DNA of 63,600 nt, filler included. It is 6 parts of 6 records of this genome, joined end to end, with 100 filler letters (N's around TTAATTAATTAA, not from the genome) between each part and the next. Parts side by side here need not be neighbours in the genome. Positions count along the whole stretch, not along the records: positions 20,557 to 28,812 come from SRR20825019_533; positions 28,913 to 39,117 come from SRR20825019_534; 4 more parts are not named here. One strand, written 5' to 3'. Below, one piece after another: positions 23,390 to 34,595 of the stretch (position 1 is its first letter; each line of letters begins with the position of its first letter). The notes under the pieces were generated by a model. That model was not told where the DNA came from and ran no database searches. It saw nothing but the letters and a program-made list of their open reading frames with translations. The position numbers were made by a program, and so were the translations under genes.

Positions 23390-24802
23390 ATGACACTGCA
23401 CACCGACACACCCATTGGCGGGGGCGGCGATACGCTGAACCCGGTCACGGCCTCGGAAAAGAACTGGGGCTGGTTCGCCATTTTCAACATCTGGGCAAAC
23501 GACGTGCAGTCGCTGTTCGGCTATTCGCTGGTGGCCTCGCTGTTCATCTCGTTCGGAGTCAGCGGCTGGACCGCCTTTGCCGCACTGATCTGCGCAGGAT
23601 TGTTCGTGATGTTCCTCGTGAACCTGTCGGGCGCACCGGGCGAGAAATACGGCATCCCCTATCCGGTGCTGGCACGGGCCAGCCTTGGCACTCAAGGGGC
23701 CAAGCTGCCTGCGATCCTTCGGGCCATCGTGGCAGTCTTCTGGTACGGCGTGCAGGTCTATTTCGCCTCGACCGCTGTGGCGTTGCTGATCCGGTCGCTG
23801 ACGGGGATCAGTGGCGGGACAGAGGTTCTGGGGCTGACCGGCGTTGACTGGCTGTCCTTCGTGATCGTCTGGGCTTTTCACATCGTGATCTTCTGGCGCG
23901 GCATGGACTGGGTCGAAACCTTCCTGAACATTGCGGGGCCGTTCGTCTATCTGGTGATGATCGGGCTGGTGATCGTGCTGTGGCAAAAGGCGGATGGCCA
24001 GCTGCTGGAGGCGGCGCGGACGATCTTTGTGCAGCCGGATGCGACGTTCCTGATCGAATTCAACGGGTTCGTGGCCATTGTCGGTACGATGGTGGCCTAT
24101 TTCGCCGCCGTGATGATCAACTTTTCGGACTTTTCGCGCTATGCCAAGGACAAGCCCGCGATGGTGCTGGGCAACCTTGCGGGGCTGCCGTTCAATATGG
24201 TCTTGTTCTCGGCCCTGGCCCTGTTGACCACGGCGGGCGCCGCGGTGGTCTACGGCGAGGCGATCATCAATCCGACCGAGATTGTCGAGCGCACCGACAG
24301 CGTGCTGCTGAGTGTCATTGCCGCGATCACCTTTTTCGCCGCGACAGTCGGGATCAACCTGGTGGCCAATTTCATCCCTGCGGTGAACGGCATTGCCAAC
24401 CTGGCCCCGCGCAAGATCAACTTTCGGATGGCGGGGCTGATCACATCCGGTTTCGCCTTTGTCATTGGGGGCCTTTGGACCAGCTTCATCGCCAATTTCG
24501 GCATCGGTGGATTTGTGAATACGCTGGGGGCGACGCTGGCGCCGATCTACGGGATTATGATCGTGGACTATTACGTGCTGCGCCATCAGACGCTGGATGT
24601 TGCCGGCCTCTATGACGAGGTCGGCGGGCCGTACCGCTTTGGCAACGGCTGGAACGCACCGGCAGTGGTAGCCTTTGCCATCGCGGCCGTGTTTTCGGTG
24701 GCGACGGTCTGGTTGCCTGCACTGGTTATGCTGTCGGGTTATGCCTGGGTGATCGGGGCGCTGATCGGTGGTGCGCTTTATTATATCCTCGCCAAACGCT
24801 GA
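23390..24802 (+). CDS. NCS1 nucleobase:cation symporter (purine/uracil/allantoin permease)
   Basis: GIPYPVLARASLG..GA, NFSDFSRYA, INLVANF, DYY motifs; ~12 hydrophobic segments; GAGG RBS. Confidence 0.92.
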   Translation: MTLHTDTPIGGGGDTLNPVTASEKNWGWFAIFNIWANDVQSLFGYSLVASLFISFGVSGWTAFAALICAGLFVMFLVNLSGAPGEKYGIPYPVLARASLGTQGAKLPAILRAIVAVFWYGVQVYFASTAVALLIRSLTGISGGTEVLGLTGVDWLSFVIVWAFHIVIFWRGMDWVETFLNIAGPFVYLVMIGLVIVLWQKADGQLLEAARTIFVQPDATFLIEFNGFVAIVGTMVAYFAAVMINFSDFSRYAKDKPAMVLGNLAGLPFNMVLFSALALLTTAGAAVVYGEAIINPTEIVERTDSVLLSVIAAITFFAATVGINLVANFIPAVNGIANLAPRKINFRMAGLITSGFAFVIGGLWTSFIANFGIGGFVNTLGATLAPIYGIMIVDYYVLRHQTLDVAGLYDEVGGPYRFGNGWNAPAVVAFAIAAVFSVATVWLPALVMLSGYAWVIGALIGGALYYILAKR

Positions 24803-24885
24803 ATGACTTGCGCACCGCTTACGGGCGGTGCGCAATGCGCAGGTTACGGGTTGAGCGCGCGCCGCTTTGGCCGCATGCTCGGGCC

Positions 24886-25341
24886 ATGAACCTGCATGAT
24901 GTTCCCACACAATTCGGCATCCTGTGCCTGACCGAAGACGACGACGCGATCACGGGCCTGTCGTGGGGCGCATCGGGGCGTACGGATGACACAGCCTTGC
25001 TGCGCGACGCCGCAGAACAACTGCGCGCCTATGATGCCGGCACGCTGGAGCGGTTCGACCTGCCGCTGCGTGTGGCGGGGTCCGACTTGCAGCAAAAGGT
25101 CTGTGCGGCGATGTCTGCAATTCCTTACGGGTTCACCCGCACCTACGGCGAGATTGCCCACGACGTGGGCGCGTCGGCTCAGGCGGTGGGGCAGGCGTGC
25201 GGTGGCAATCCGATACCGGTGATCATCCCCTGCCACCGGGTGATGGGGGCCAAGGGTCTGACCGGATTTTCAGGGGCAGGCGGGGTCGAAACCAAGGTGG
25301 CCCTGTTGCGCCACGAAGGCGCGGGCGGCTTCCTGATTTAG
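24886..25341 (+). CDS. ogt: Methylated-DNA-protein-cysteine methyltransferase
   Basis: IPYG.TRTYGE, AVGQACGGNP, IPCHRV active site. Confidence 0.93.
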   Translation: MNLHDVPTQFGILCLTEDDDAITGLSWGASGRTDDTALLRDAAEQLRAYDAGTLERFDLPLRVAGSDLQQKVCAAMSAIPYGFTRTYGEIAHDVGASAQAVGQACGGNPIPVIIPCHRVMGAKGLTGFSGAGGVETKVALLRHEGAGGFLI

Positions 25342-26033
25342 CCGTCGCGGCCGTAGACCAGCTGTTGCGCGATGCCTGCAAATGTCAGGTAAACCGAAGT
25401 GATCGCCAGCCCGTAGATGGCCCATGTGTCGGGATGAAAGTTCACCCAGGCGGCCCAGCCCGCAAAGACTGTCCATGCCAGCGCCACCGGCAGGCTCAGC
25501 TTGCGCCAGCGTTCGGTGCGCACGGGGTGAATGAATTTCAGCGGCAGGAACATCGCCACCGCCAGCACCGTCACCAGCGCCAGCGAGACCCAGAAATTCG
25601 GCTCTGTGGCAAAGATCACCAGCACCAGCATGTTCCAGCAGCCCGGAAAGCCGGAAAACGAGTTGTCCTTGGTCTTCATCCGCGTGTCCGCGAAATACAG
25701 CGCCGAGGCAAAGGTGATCAGGATGATCGCCACCCAGCCGGTCCAGCCGTCCATCAACCCCGATTTGAACAGGGCGAAGGCGGGAATGAACACATAAGTC
25801 AGATAGTCGATGATCAGATCCAGCAGCACGCCGTCAAATTCGGGTGCGTTGTTCTTTACATCGTATTTGCGCGCCAGCGGGCCGTCGACACCATCCACGG
25901 CAAAGGCCACCACCAGCCACAAGAACATCAGATCCCATTTGGCATCGACAGCGGCCAACATGGCCAGCATCGCAAAGACCGCGCCCGTAGCGGTCAGCAA
26001 ATGGACGGAAAGGGCTTTCATCTGGCGAGTCAT
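25338..26033 (-). CDS. pcs: Phosphatidylcholine synthase (CDP-alcohol phosphatidyltransferase)
   Basis: VHLLTATG, DGVDGPLARK...DGVLLDLIIDYLTYVFIP, F.GFP..WN. Confidence 0.9.
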   Translation of the reverse strand: MTRQMKALSVHLLTATGAVFAMLAMLAAVDAKWDLMFLWLVVAFAVDGVDGPLARKYDVKNNAPEFDGVLLDLIIDYLTYVFIPAFALFKSGLMDGWTGWVAIILITFASALYFADTRMKTKDNSFSGFPGCWNMLVLVIFATEPNFWVSLALVTVLAVAMFLPLKFIHPVRTERWRKLSLPVALAWTVFAGWAAWVNFHPDTWAIYGLAITSVYLTFAGIAQQLVYGRDG

Positions 26034-26125
26034 GGCACCCTTGATGGCGCATTGGTGGCGCGGATGCAAAAGGAAATCGGGCGAATTTACGGGATTGGCA
26101 CGGTCGGTTGCGCAAACATGTGCGG

Positions 26126-27046
26126 TCAGGCTTTGGGATGGGCGCTGTTGTAGACATCCATCAGCCGCGCCGTGTCGACGGCGGTATAGGCCTGGGTCGT
26201 CGACAGCGACGCATGGCCCAGCAATTCCTGGATGCTGCGCAGGTCACCGCCCGCGTTCAGCAGGTGCGTGGCAAAGCTGTGGCGCATGGCGTGTGGCGTC
26301 GCGGTCGCAGGCAGGCCCAACTGCATGCGCGCAGCCTCCATCGCCTTTTGAATGGCACGCGGCGCCAGTGCCCCGCCGCGCACGGCGCGGAACAGCGGTT
26401 GGTCGTCTTGCAGGATATGCGGGCAGGCGGCGATATAGGCGTCGACCGCCTGTTGTGCTGCCCCCACCACCGGCACGATGCGTTCCTTGCCGCCCTTGCC
26501 GGTGATCCGCATCACCTGCGGCAGCGGTGCGTCGCCCCCGCGCAGGCTCAGCGCCTCGGAAATCCGCAGGCCACAGCCCCACAGCAAGGTCAGCACCGCA
26601 ATGTCGCGCAACCCGACCCAGGGCGTCAGCGACTGCATCCCGATGGTTTCAACCAGATCATGGGCGGCATCCACCGCCAGCGGGCGCGGCAGCTTGCGGG
26701 TGTATTTCGGGGATCGGGTGGACAGCACCGCGGTGGGTTCGAACCCCTCGCGGGCGGCCAGCCAGCGGTAAAAGGATTTCACAGCACTCAGCTTGCGCGC
26801 CAGGGACCGTGGCCCAACATCGCCTGAGCGCGCGTGTGCCATCCACGCCCGCATGTCGCTGACGGTGATATGCGACAACGCGCCAAGGCCCTGAGGCGCG
26901 CCCTTGTGGGCAGTGATAAAGGCCAGGAATTCACCCAGATCGCCCGCATAGGCGGTGATCGTGTTGGCCGCCGCCCCCTTGAGGGCACGCTGATGGTCCA
27001 GCCATGTCTCCAGCGCGTCGCGCGCAGCCGGAGAGATCAGGCTCAT
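26126..27046 (-). CDS. xerC: Tyrosine recombinase XerC
   Basis: GLRISE, GKGGKER, HAMRHSFATH, LLGH.SLSTTQAY; coupled (ATGA) to upstream DUF484 as in the conserved xerC context. Confidence 0.92.
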   Translation of the reverse strand: MSLISPAARDALETWLDHQRALKGAAANTITAYAGDLGEFLAFITAHKGAPQGLGALSHITVSDMRAWMAHARSGDVGPRSLARKLSAVKSFYRWLAAREGFEPTAVLSTRSPKYTRKLPRPLAVDAAHDLVETIGMQSLTPWVGLRDIAVLTLLWGCGLRISEALSLRGGDAPLPQVMRITGKGGKERIVPVVGAAQQAVDAYIAACPHILQDDQPLFRAVRGGALAPRAIQKAMEAARMQLGLPATATPHAMRHSFATHLLNAGGDLRSIQELLGHASLSTTQAYTAVDTARLMDVYNSAHPKA

Positions 27047-27750
27047 GACAACCAGCGGCGCATCGTGCGCTCGAACACGCCGGTAAAGAAGGTCAGCAGA
27101 TCGGTGCCTTGCTGCGGGCCGAACATGTGCGGATCTTCCGCGCCCATGACCAGCAGTCCGGGCAGGCGGCCCGCGCCAAAGTTCAGTTTCAGGCAGGCCT
27201 CGGAGCGGATCCAGTCGCAATTGTTGCCGTAAATCTCCGGGTTTCCGTTCTGGACCTGCCGCAAGGTGACCTGACGGACGGGTCCGCCCCGGTTCTGGGT
27301 AAGATAGCCGTCGATAAAGCCGGGTTCCGCCACGCTCAGCACATCGCCCAGACGCTGTACCGCGGGATCATTGTCGTTCTGCACGCTTTCCAGCACCAGC
27401 TTGACCGCATCCACGCGCAGGATCTCGGCCACTTCGCCGCCCAGATCGCGCAGGAAGGTTTCAAATTCGATGGGGTCCAGCATCCGCAGAATCGCGCGGT
27501 GCACCTGATTTGTGCCGGCCAGATTTTCATAGGCGGCGGCAATCACGCTGCGGTGGGTGTCCTCCAGCCGGTCCAGCCGCGATTCGAGCCGTTCCATCGC
27601 AATGCCGCGCAGGTCGACGATATTGCCGCCCATGCTGCGTTCGTTGGCCGCGATCAGGGCGTGCATCATGTCCTTGTCATCAAGGATCACATCGGGACGC
27701 GAGATGATCGCCTCGCGCAGGGCGTCGTCGATTTTCGGGCTGCTGGTCAT
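27043..27750 (-). CDS. DUF484 family protein (YigA-like)
   Basis: NIVDLRGIAMERLE, AAYEN, F.P.QGTDLL.FF; position upstream of xerC. Confidence 0.85.
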   Translation of the reverse strand: MTSSPKIDDALREAIISRPDVILDDKDMMHALIAANERSMGGNIVDLRGIAMERLESRLDRLEDTHRSVIAAAYENLAGTNQVHRAILRMLDPIEFETFLRDLGGEVAEILRVDAVKLVLESVQNDNDPAVQRLGDVLSVAEPGFIDGYLTQNRGGPVRQVTLRQVQNGNPEIYGNNCDWIRSEACLKLNFGAGRLPGLLVMGAEDPHMFGPQQGTDLLTFFTGVFERTMRRWLS

Positions 27751-27961
27751 GAACTGCTCATTTTATTTTGTGGGACCCTAACATGCAGCGTCGGCAAAAT
27801 CTGCCCCTTTTTGGTCAAAAGGGCAGGTTTTGGCATGCGATGTGCGGGGTGTTGCCGAAATTCCCGTCTGAGGGGAGTTCTGGCGCAAGTTCCCCTCGAT
27901 TCGGAGGAAGCGCAGCCCCGTCCGGCAGATACCGGGCAGGGCGATGTTCAAACCCGCAGGC

Positions 27962-28615
27962 TTACAGGATTTTCTGGCCGGTTTTCGCCCAGTCTTTCAT
28001 GAACTGGTCCAGACCGGCATTGGTCAGCGGGTGCGAAGCCAGTTTCTTGATCACTTCGGGGGGGGCGGTCATCACGTCGGCACCGATGCGCGCGCAATCC
28101 TGCACGTGGGCCACCGACCGGATCGACGCGGCCAGGATGTTGGTTTCGAACCCGTAGTTGTCATAGATCGTGCGGATGTCTTCGATCAGGTCCATGCCGT
28201 CGATGTTGATGTCGTCCAGACGCCCGATAAAGGGGCTGATGAATGTGGCACCGGCCTTGGCCGCCAGCAGCGCCTGGTTGGCCGAGAAACACAGGGTGAC
28301 GTTGACCATCTTGCCTTCGCCCGACAACACTTTGCACGCTTTCAGGCCGTCCCATGTCAGGGGCAGTTTGACGGCGATGTTTTCAGCGATTTCCGCCAGC
28401 TTGCGGCCTTCGGCGATCATGGCGTCGGAGTCGAGAGCCACAACTTCGGCGCTGACCGGGCCACTGACCAGATCACAGATTTCCTTGGTCACTTCGAGAA
28501 TGTCGCGGCCCGATTTCAGGATCAGCGAGGGGTTGGTTGTCACCCCGTCGACCATGCCCAGATCGTTCAGTTCGGCGATGGCGTCGATATCGGCGGTGTC
28601 TACAAAGAATTTCAT
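27962..28615 (-). CDS. tal: Transaldolase / fructose-6-phosphate aldolase family
   Basis: [44 protein letters not shown]. Confidence 0.93.
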   Translation of the reverse strand: MKFFVDTADIDAIAELNDLGMVDGVTTNPSLILKSGRDILEVTKEICDLVSGPVSAEVVALDSDAMIAEGRKLAEIAENIAVKLPLTWDGLKACKVLSGEGKMVNVTLCFSANQALLAAKAGATFISPFIGRLDDINIDGMDLIEDIRTIYDNYGFETNILAASIRSVAHVQDCARIGADVMTAPPEVIKKLASHPLTNAGLDQFMKDWAKTGQKIL

Positions 28616-28743
28616 ATCGGTGGCTCCAGGTGCTGTTAGCGCAATCACAGGGCGGTGCGCGATCAGTTCGCGATGGCCTTGCTTTGTGTTTGCATGTACC
28701 CCAACTGAACACCCACCGAAACCCACAATTGCCGAGGCCAGAC

Positions 28744-28812
28744 GTGACGCGCCCCGAATTCTATGACGAAGGAGCCTTGGTTGCGGTGCTGACCACGCAG
28801 CCGCTGGACCGG
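28744..28812 (+). CDS. priA: Primosomal protein N' N-terminus (truncated)
   Basis: [23 protein letters not shown] resembles the Rhodobacteraceae PriA start; divergent from tal. Only 23 codons are visible. Confidence 0.55.
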
Positions 28813-28912
28813 NNNNNNNNNNNNNNNNNNNNNNNNNNNNNNNNNNNNNNNNNNNNTTAATTAATTAANNNNNNNNNNNNNNNNNNNNNNNNNNNNNNNN
28901 NNNNNNNNNNNN

Positions 28913-30348
28913 GCTACAGCATCTGCTCCATTTTGGAGACCGTTACTCCCAAAAACAAGAGAAACGTTTGGCACCCCATCATTTCCTAATACAAAATATC
29001 CATTAGCATCGGTTGTATAACCATCCAAACTATAGGTTTGATAACTCAAATTATTAGAACCATTATAAAACACAAGTGTAAGTCCATCCAAAGAAGAATT
29101 TCCAATACCTCCATCATACAATTCAACAAATTCAGCAATATCTGTTCCTTCAGTATCTGCATCAATTTCATTAATTAGCACCACTGCATCTGTTCCGCTT
29201 CCATCTCCTTCATAGATTTTATTAACAGTATTTGGCGTATTCAAAGCATCTCCTTCTTCAGCAGTAACATCAGGAAAATCGGGTAATCCTGCTCCATTAA
29301 AATTATTTCGAACCCAGTTGGATGTATAATTGGTAACATTTCCATTAGGAATTCTAGAAGCGCCTCCTACGGTAAAAGTAGCCCCATCAAAAGTAGGTGC
29401 TAGAACAACATCAGCATAGGTTAAATCTCCAGCATCTCCATCTAAAACTGCAATACCATCTACTATTTTTTCCCAAGGAGTATTATCTAAAGTTCCATCA
29501 GCATTCATATCTACTACCTCCCCTACGCTTCCAGTAAAGTTTTCAACCAAAAGCAAACTTACCGTACCATTTTCAAACTCATTAGCTAAAAAAGCTGTAG
29601 TATAGAACCCATCGGCATTCGTACTTCCTAATTGGTAGACACCGTCTATGGTACCTGCGGAAGAAACATCTCCTTCAATTTCTAGAATCCAATAAGATGA
29701 TAAATCGACATCTGACTTACCAAAAACCTCTACAAATTCGTTTGTATCACCCCCAGTATGGTTAAAAACAAACTCATTAATTACAGGAGTAATTTCTATT
29801 GATCCGAAAGTCTGATTGGCATTTATACCTCCAAAAGTTGAAGGGTTTTGTACTTCCCAAGAAAATTCTGAATAGTCTGTTCCTTGCCCTACAAGTGCTA
29901 ATGAAACACCTTCTGGAGTTGTACTACTTTCCGCTACACCAATATCCTCACTTAGTATTCCATCGGCAGGACCTCCTACTGCAGTAAAAGTTCCCTCATA
30001 ACTTAAAAACTGTACTACAGAATTACTCCCATCAATTAGGGCAATTCCATCAGGACTTCCATTTTGTAAACCATTTGACGGCAATGCAATATGAGCCACC
30101 CCATATCCATTACTTAAATTGGCAACTACAGTATTGATATTTAAGGTGTTATACGCTGTGCCATTTGAGCCGTTATACAAAACTAAACTATAGAGAGAAA
30201 GGTCGGTTCCAGCTGGCGCAGCAATTTCGATGCTTTCGCCTACATCTGTTCCTGCATTATCGTAATGAATTTCATTAATAAATACACTTTGTGAAAAGCT
30301 ATATATTGATAAAAATGCAGTAAATAAAGAAAGTAAAAATCTTTTCAT
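28913..30348 (-). CDS. Secreted protein with three lamin-tail-domain-like repeats (ExeM/NucH-type nuclease N-terminus likely), 3'-truncated
   Basis: Signal peptide; repeats VFINEIHYDN.GTD..E.IE, VINEFVFNH.G.D..EFVE, LINEIDAD..GTD..EFVE; LQNG.D. The catalytic domain is not in the window. Confidence 0.7.
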
Positions 30349-30493
30349 ATATTATTTTTAATAGGTTGATTACTACAAAAATAACATTATTTAATTTTTA
30401 GATGCTGAATATCAATATTATGTAATTGTTAGCTAAAACTAAACAAATAGGAAATATTCGAAAAAAGTGATTTTCTTACCCTTTTTCTTACCC

Positions 30494-31597
30494 TTAAAAA
30501 TCGAACTTTAACTGTACAGAAACTTCCTTTTGAATTGGCGTCTCTTTTTTCTTTTTTTCTGTGTTTAAATTAGCCAACGAAATTCCTAGAAGACGGACGG
30601 AGTTTTCTAATTTCTCTTGATATAATAATTCTTTTGCTGTTTCTAGAATAAGGCTTTTATCAGCAATAAAATAATCAAGGGTTTTGCTTCGTGTTTGCAG
30701 CTTGAAGTCGCTATACTTAATTTTTAAAGTAATTGTTTTCCCAGCTATCTTACTCTTTTTTAATCGGCGTTCCAATTCGTTTGCAATACTTTCTAAGCGT
30801 TCTAACATAAACACTTCGCTACTTAGATTCTCACTAAAAGTACGTTCTGCACCAACCGATTTCGGAATTCTATTTGGTTTGACTTCACTTAAATGAATTC
30901 CACGAACGACATTATAATAAAAAGCACCGCTTTTTCCGAAATTCTCGGTTAAAAACTCAACTGATTTTTCTTTTAAATCCTTTCCTGTAAAAATTCCAAG
31001 GGAATACATTTTCTGGGTGGTTACTTTTCCTACTCCATAAAATTTACGAATCTCTAAATCCTCCAAGAAAGGAATTACCTCATCGGGTTCTACTGTTTTT
31101 TGTCCGTTTGGTTTATTATAGTCGCTCGCAATTTTAGCTACAAATTTATTAATTGATATTCCTGCTGAAGCTGTTAATCCCACCTCCTCAAAAATACGAT
31201 CTCGAATTTCTTTAGCTATATTACTAGCCGATGGATTCCCTTTTTTGTTTTCGGTAACGTCTAAATAAGCTTCGTCCAAAGAAAGAGGTTCAACTAAATC
31301 GGTATACTCTAAAAAAATAGTTCTAATTTTAGTTGAAATCTCTTTATAGCGGTCAAAACGGGGACGAACAAAAATAAGTTCTGGACAATTTTTCTTGGCT
31401 TGATAGCCGCTCATTGCACTTCGAACTCCAAATTTACGTGCCTCATAACTAGCTGCCGATACCACTCCACGCTTTTCATTACCTCCTACTGCCAATGGTT
31501 TTCCTTTTAATTCTGGATTATCCATTTGCTCAACAGATGCATAAAATGCATCCATATCCACATGGATTATCTTTCGTAAAAGGACTGAATTTTGCAT
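30494..31597 (-). CDS. dinB: DNA polymerase IV
   Basis: IIHVDMDAFYASVE, ASYEARKFG, SLDEAYLD, KIASD..KPNG. Confidence 0.96.
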   Translation of the reverse strand: MQNSVLLRKIIHVDMDAFYASVEQMDNPELKGKPLAVGGNEKRGVVSAASYEARKFGVRSAMSGYQAKKNCPELIFVRPRFDRYKEISTKIRTIFLEYTDLVEPLSLDEAYLDVTENKKGNPSASNIAKEIRDRIFEEVGLTASAGISINKFVAKIASDYNKPNGQKTVEPDEVIPFLEDLEIRKFYGVGKVTTQKMYSLGIFTGKDLKEKSVEFLTENFGKSGAFYYNVVRGIHLSEVKPNRIPKSVGAERTFSENLSSEVFMLERLESIANELERRLKKSKIAGKTITLKIKYSDFKLQTRSKTLDYFIADKSLILETAKELLYQEKLENSVRLLGISLANLNTEKKKKETPIQKEVSVQLKFDF

Positions 31598-31600
31598 ATG

Positions 31601-31608
31601 CAAATTTA
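31601..31608 (-). promoter_or_regulatory. Bacteroidetes -7 promoter element (TAnnTTTG) immediately upstream of dinB
   Basis: Minus strand TAAATTTG ends 3 nt before the ATG. Confidence 0.5.
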
Positions 31609-31699
31609 AACTAAACAACTTTAGAGCGAACCAGGAATTATTAAAATTAAAAGAATTTCAATCAATATCATTTTAAGAAATTGCATAAAACGATAACAT

Positions 31700-31845
31700 C
31701 CCCCGCTAGCGCGAACATCATGCTCGTGCCGATTATGAGTAAGAAGCAAAAACAACCAAACAAACACCCTTATAATCTCCTCAAGGGGATATTGAATACG
31801 GAGCCCGAATCAATTCCCCCTTGGAAGGGGGCTATGGGATGTAAA
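31700..31845. repeat. REP-like palindromic remnants in dinB/oxidoreductase intergenic region
   Basis: GCTAGCGCGAACATCATGCTCGTGCC, ATCTCCTCAAGGGGAT and CCCCCTTGGAAGGGGG GC-rich hairpins in an AT-rich background. Confidence 0.45.
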
Positions 31846-32121
31846 AATGCACACTTATAACTAAATTTCTCTAAGCAAAGGGGAGATGTAAGACTACTCC
31901 ACTTATTCGCAATTGCACCGCTTTGTATATGTATAAGGATAGTAATAAAATAGAAACTGTTACAAAGCATGAACATTCTGTATAAAAAAGAATTCCCACT
32001 CGAATGGATTTGTACGACAACAGGAGTATATTAAAATCTTACTTAATAAGCAAAAAAATCTTCGCTCTTAAATTCCCAAAAAATAATACCTAACTTTATA
32101 AAACTGAAAAGTTATTAGATT

Positions 32122-32799
32122 ATGGCTACAGAAAAAATAGCAATTATACTTGGTGCAACTGGGCTTACTGGCTCTCTATTATTAAAAAAACTCATAAAAG
32201 ACGATCGTTATAAAACCATAAAACTATTTTCTAGGAGCGCTACAACTATTTCCGACCCAAAAATTAAGGAACACATTGTAGATCTATTAAATCTTGAGCT
32301 TTCCAATACAGATTTTACTGCAGATGAGGTGTATTGCTGTATTGGAACTACCAAATCAAAAACTCCCAACAAAAGCACTTATAAAGCTATTGATTACGGA
32401 ATTCCGATGGCAGCCGCCACGTTAAGCAAAGCTAATAACATTAACACTTTTATAGTTATTTCTGCCTTAGGCGCTAACCCAAAAAGTAAATTATTTTACA
32501 ACCGTATAAAAGGTAAAATGGAAAAAGATGTTTTAAAAATAAACATTCTCAACACTTATATTTTACAGCCCTCTTTAATTAGTGGAAAACGAGAAGAAAA
32601 AAGAGCGGGAGAATGGTTTTTTAAACAACTAATGAAAGCTTTAAACTACATTATGGTGGGACCATTAAAAAAATATCAATCGGTTGCTCCAGAAAAAATA
32701 GCTACAACTATGGTATATTTGGCGAATAATAACTTCCCTTCTGGGAGAATTAAAAATGATAAAATCAAACAAATTGCAGAAACAAATGATAGAGATTGA
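32122..32799 (+). CDS. NAD(P)H-binding SDR-like protein (YraR/TIP30 family)
   Basis: ILGATGLTG, CCIGTT, SALGA, FYNR.KG..E, QPSLI.G.R. Confidence 0.88.
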   Translation: MATEKIAIILGATGLTGSLLLKKLIKDDRYKTIKLFSRSATTISDPKIKEHIVDLLNLELSNTDFTADEVYCCIGTTKSKTPNKSTYKAIDYGIPMAAATLSKANNINTFIVISALGANPKSKLFYNRIKGKMEKDVLKINILNTYILQPSLISGKREEKRAGEWFFKQLMKALNYIMVGPLKKYQSVAPEKIATTMVYLANNNFPSGRIKNDKIKQIAETNDRD

Positions 32800-33253
32800 G
32801 CGTAAGTTTTTGGTAGTTTCTGATGATTTCAAAAAAGCAGCTTCAAAAAGAGAACATATTGTTCAAGGTTTTTTAAATAAAGATCCAGAACGAACCGTGA
32901 GAATTCGAATTAAAGGAGAAAAGGGATTTATTACTGTAAAAGGAATTTCAAACGCATCTGGAACTAGTAGATTTGAATGGGAAAAAGAAATATCTGTTTC
33001 GGAAGCGAAATCGTTATTAAACATTTGTGAAAAAGGTGTTATCGACAAATACCGATATGAAATATTAATAGGTAAACACACTTTTGAAGTTGATGAATTC
33101 TTAGGAGATAATAAAGGTTTGATTGTTGCTGAAGTTGAATTAGCATCAGAAAAAGAAGGTTTTGAAAAACCTTATTGGCTTGGAAAAGAGGTTACTGGAA
33201 ATGTTGCTTATTACAACTCACAACTCAGTGAAAATCCGTTTAAAAATTGGTAG
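32786..33253 (+). CDS. CYTH domain protein
   Basis: EIERKFL, RIRI, K.RY, EVDEF, AEVEL, WLG.EVT...YYN. Confidence 0.92.
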   Translation: MIEIERKFLVVSDDFKKAASKREHIVQGFLNKDPERTVRIRIKGEKGFITVKGISNASGTSRFEWEKEISVSEAKSLLNICEKGVIDKYRYEILIGKHTFEVDEFLGDNKGLIVAEVELASEKEGFEKPYWLGKEVTGNVAYYNSQLSENPFKNW

Positions 33254-33299
33254 AATTAAAATAGAAATCCATCCTAGGTGGGCTGCAAAAGGCTTTCCG

Positions 33300-34583
33300 C
33301 TACGATGATTTTTTAAAGTAACGTTTATAGACAAACTCAATTATAAAACAGATTATTACAATCCCCAATGAAATACTTATTCCTAGGGGATTGGAGCTAT
33401 ATTGCTGAATTATAAGTGCTAGTGAAGCAATAACACATAATAGAAACCCAATAAAAGGGATTGCTTTTTTGGCTTTTACTTTGGTAGCTTTTTTATAGCC
33501 CACAAAATTTACGGTAGCAAAAATAAGTAGAAAACCAACACTGCCAGCGGTAGAAATACTTTCCAATTCTAGTAAATTAACTAGAACAAGTGTTAAGATA
33601 GCTGTAATTAACAATCCAATAGGTTGATTCCAAAAAGTACTTGTTAATTCGTGTGGCAATTCATCGTCCTCTGCAATTTCATAACTCACCCTACTTCCTC
33701 CATAAAGGGTAGCATTAATAGCAGAAAAAGTAGAAATAAGTGCCGCAACAGTAATAATTGTAAACCCTACCTGCCCTAACATCGGTTTTGCCGCTTCGGC
33801 AAGCACATAATCTTCTGCTTCTGCAATCTTAGAAAAGGGTAAAGAACCAACAGTTACTATTGCTATAACAATGTATAAGAAAATAACAAAAAGTACAGCA
33901 TAAAAATAGGCTTTCGGTACGTTTTTCTCTGGATTTTTTAGATCTGAAACTGAATTTGCTATCAACTCAAAACCTTCATAGGCAACAAAAATAACCATCC
34001 CGCCAGTAAGTAATTGAATAGGAGCTTCCCAATTTGAAAATGCTAATTGCTCTAAATTAGTACTATCTTTCAATCCATATAAACCTATTATTACAAAACC
34101 TATAAGAATAATTAATTTAATAACTACAGCATAATCCTCTATTTTACCTACAATTTTTATGCTGTAATAATTAATAGCAGTTGCAAAAATTACAATGGCA
34201 CTAGAATAAATATGAGTATCTATAGCATTATTAGTTGTAATCTCCCATAAATTTGGAGCGTAGGAGCCAAATGCAGAAGCGTACAAAGCCAACATAATAA
34301 TATAACTTATCCAAAGCAGGTTGTTAATCCCTCCGCTAAAAATAGACTTTCCAAAACCTACGTTTATAAACTTAACAGTTCCACCACGATCTGGATATGC
34401 CAATGATAATTTTACGTAACTATAAGAGGTTACCAATGCAATAATACCAGCTATTAAAAAAGCAATAGGGGTTCCGCCTTTTGCTAAAGAAACTGCCAAC
34501 CCAAGTACGGCGAAAATTCCTCCACCTACCATCCCGCCAATTCCTATAGAAACTGCTTCTTTTAACCCTATTTTATTGCCCAT
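33300..34583 (-). CDS. APC-superfamily amino acid permease
   Basis: GGMVGGGIF, AYEGFELIAN, multi-TM profile. Confidence 0.9.
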   Translation of the reverse strand: MGNKIGLKEAVSIGIGGMVGGGIFAVLGLAVSLAKGGTPIAFLIAGIIALVTSYSYVKLSLAYPDRGGTVKFINVGFGKSIFSGGINNLLWISYIIMLALYASAFGSYAPNLWEITTNNAIDTHIYSSAIVIFATAINYYSIKIVGKIEDYAVVIKLIILIGFVIIGLYGLKDSTNLEQLAFSNWEAPIQLLTGGMVIFVAYEGFELIANSVSDLKNPEKNVPKAYFYAVLFVIFLYIVIAIVTVGSLPFSKIAEAEDYVLAEAAKPMLGQVGFTIITVAALISTFSAINATLYGGSRVSYEIAEDDELPHELTSTFWNQPIGLLITAILTLVLVNLLELESISTAGSVGFLLIFATVNFVGYKKATKVKAKKAIPFIGFLLCVIASLALIIQQYSSNPLGISISLGIVIICFIIEFVYKRYFKKSS

Positions 34584-34595
34584 AAATACAGTTCC

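Noticed and set aside
26126-27046. Tyrosine recombinase as a phage or island integrase
   Set aside because: Housekeeping XerC in the conserved DUF484-xerC context.
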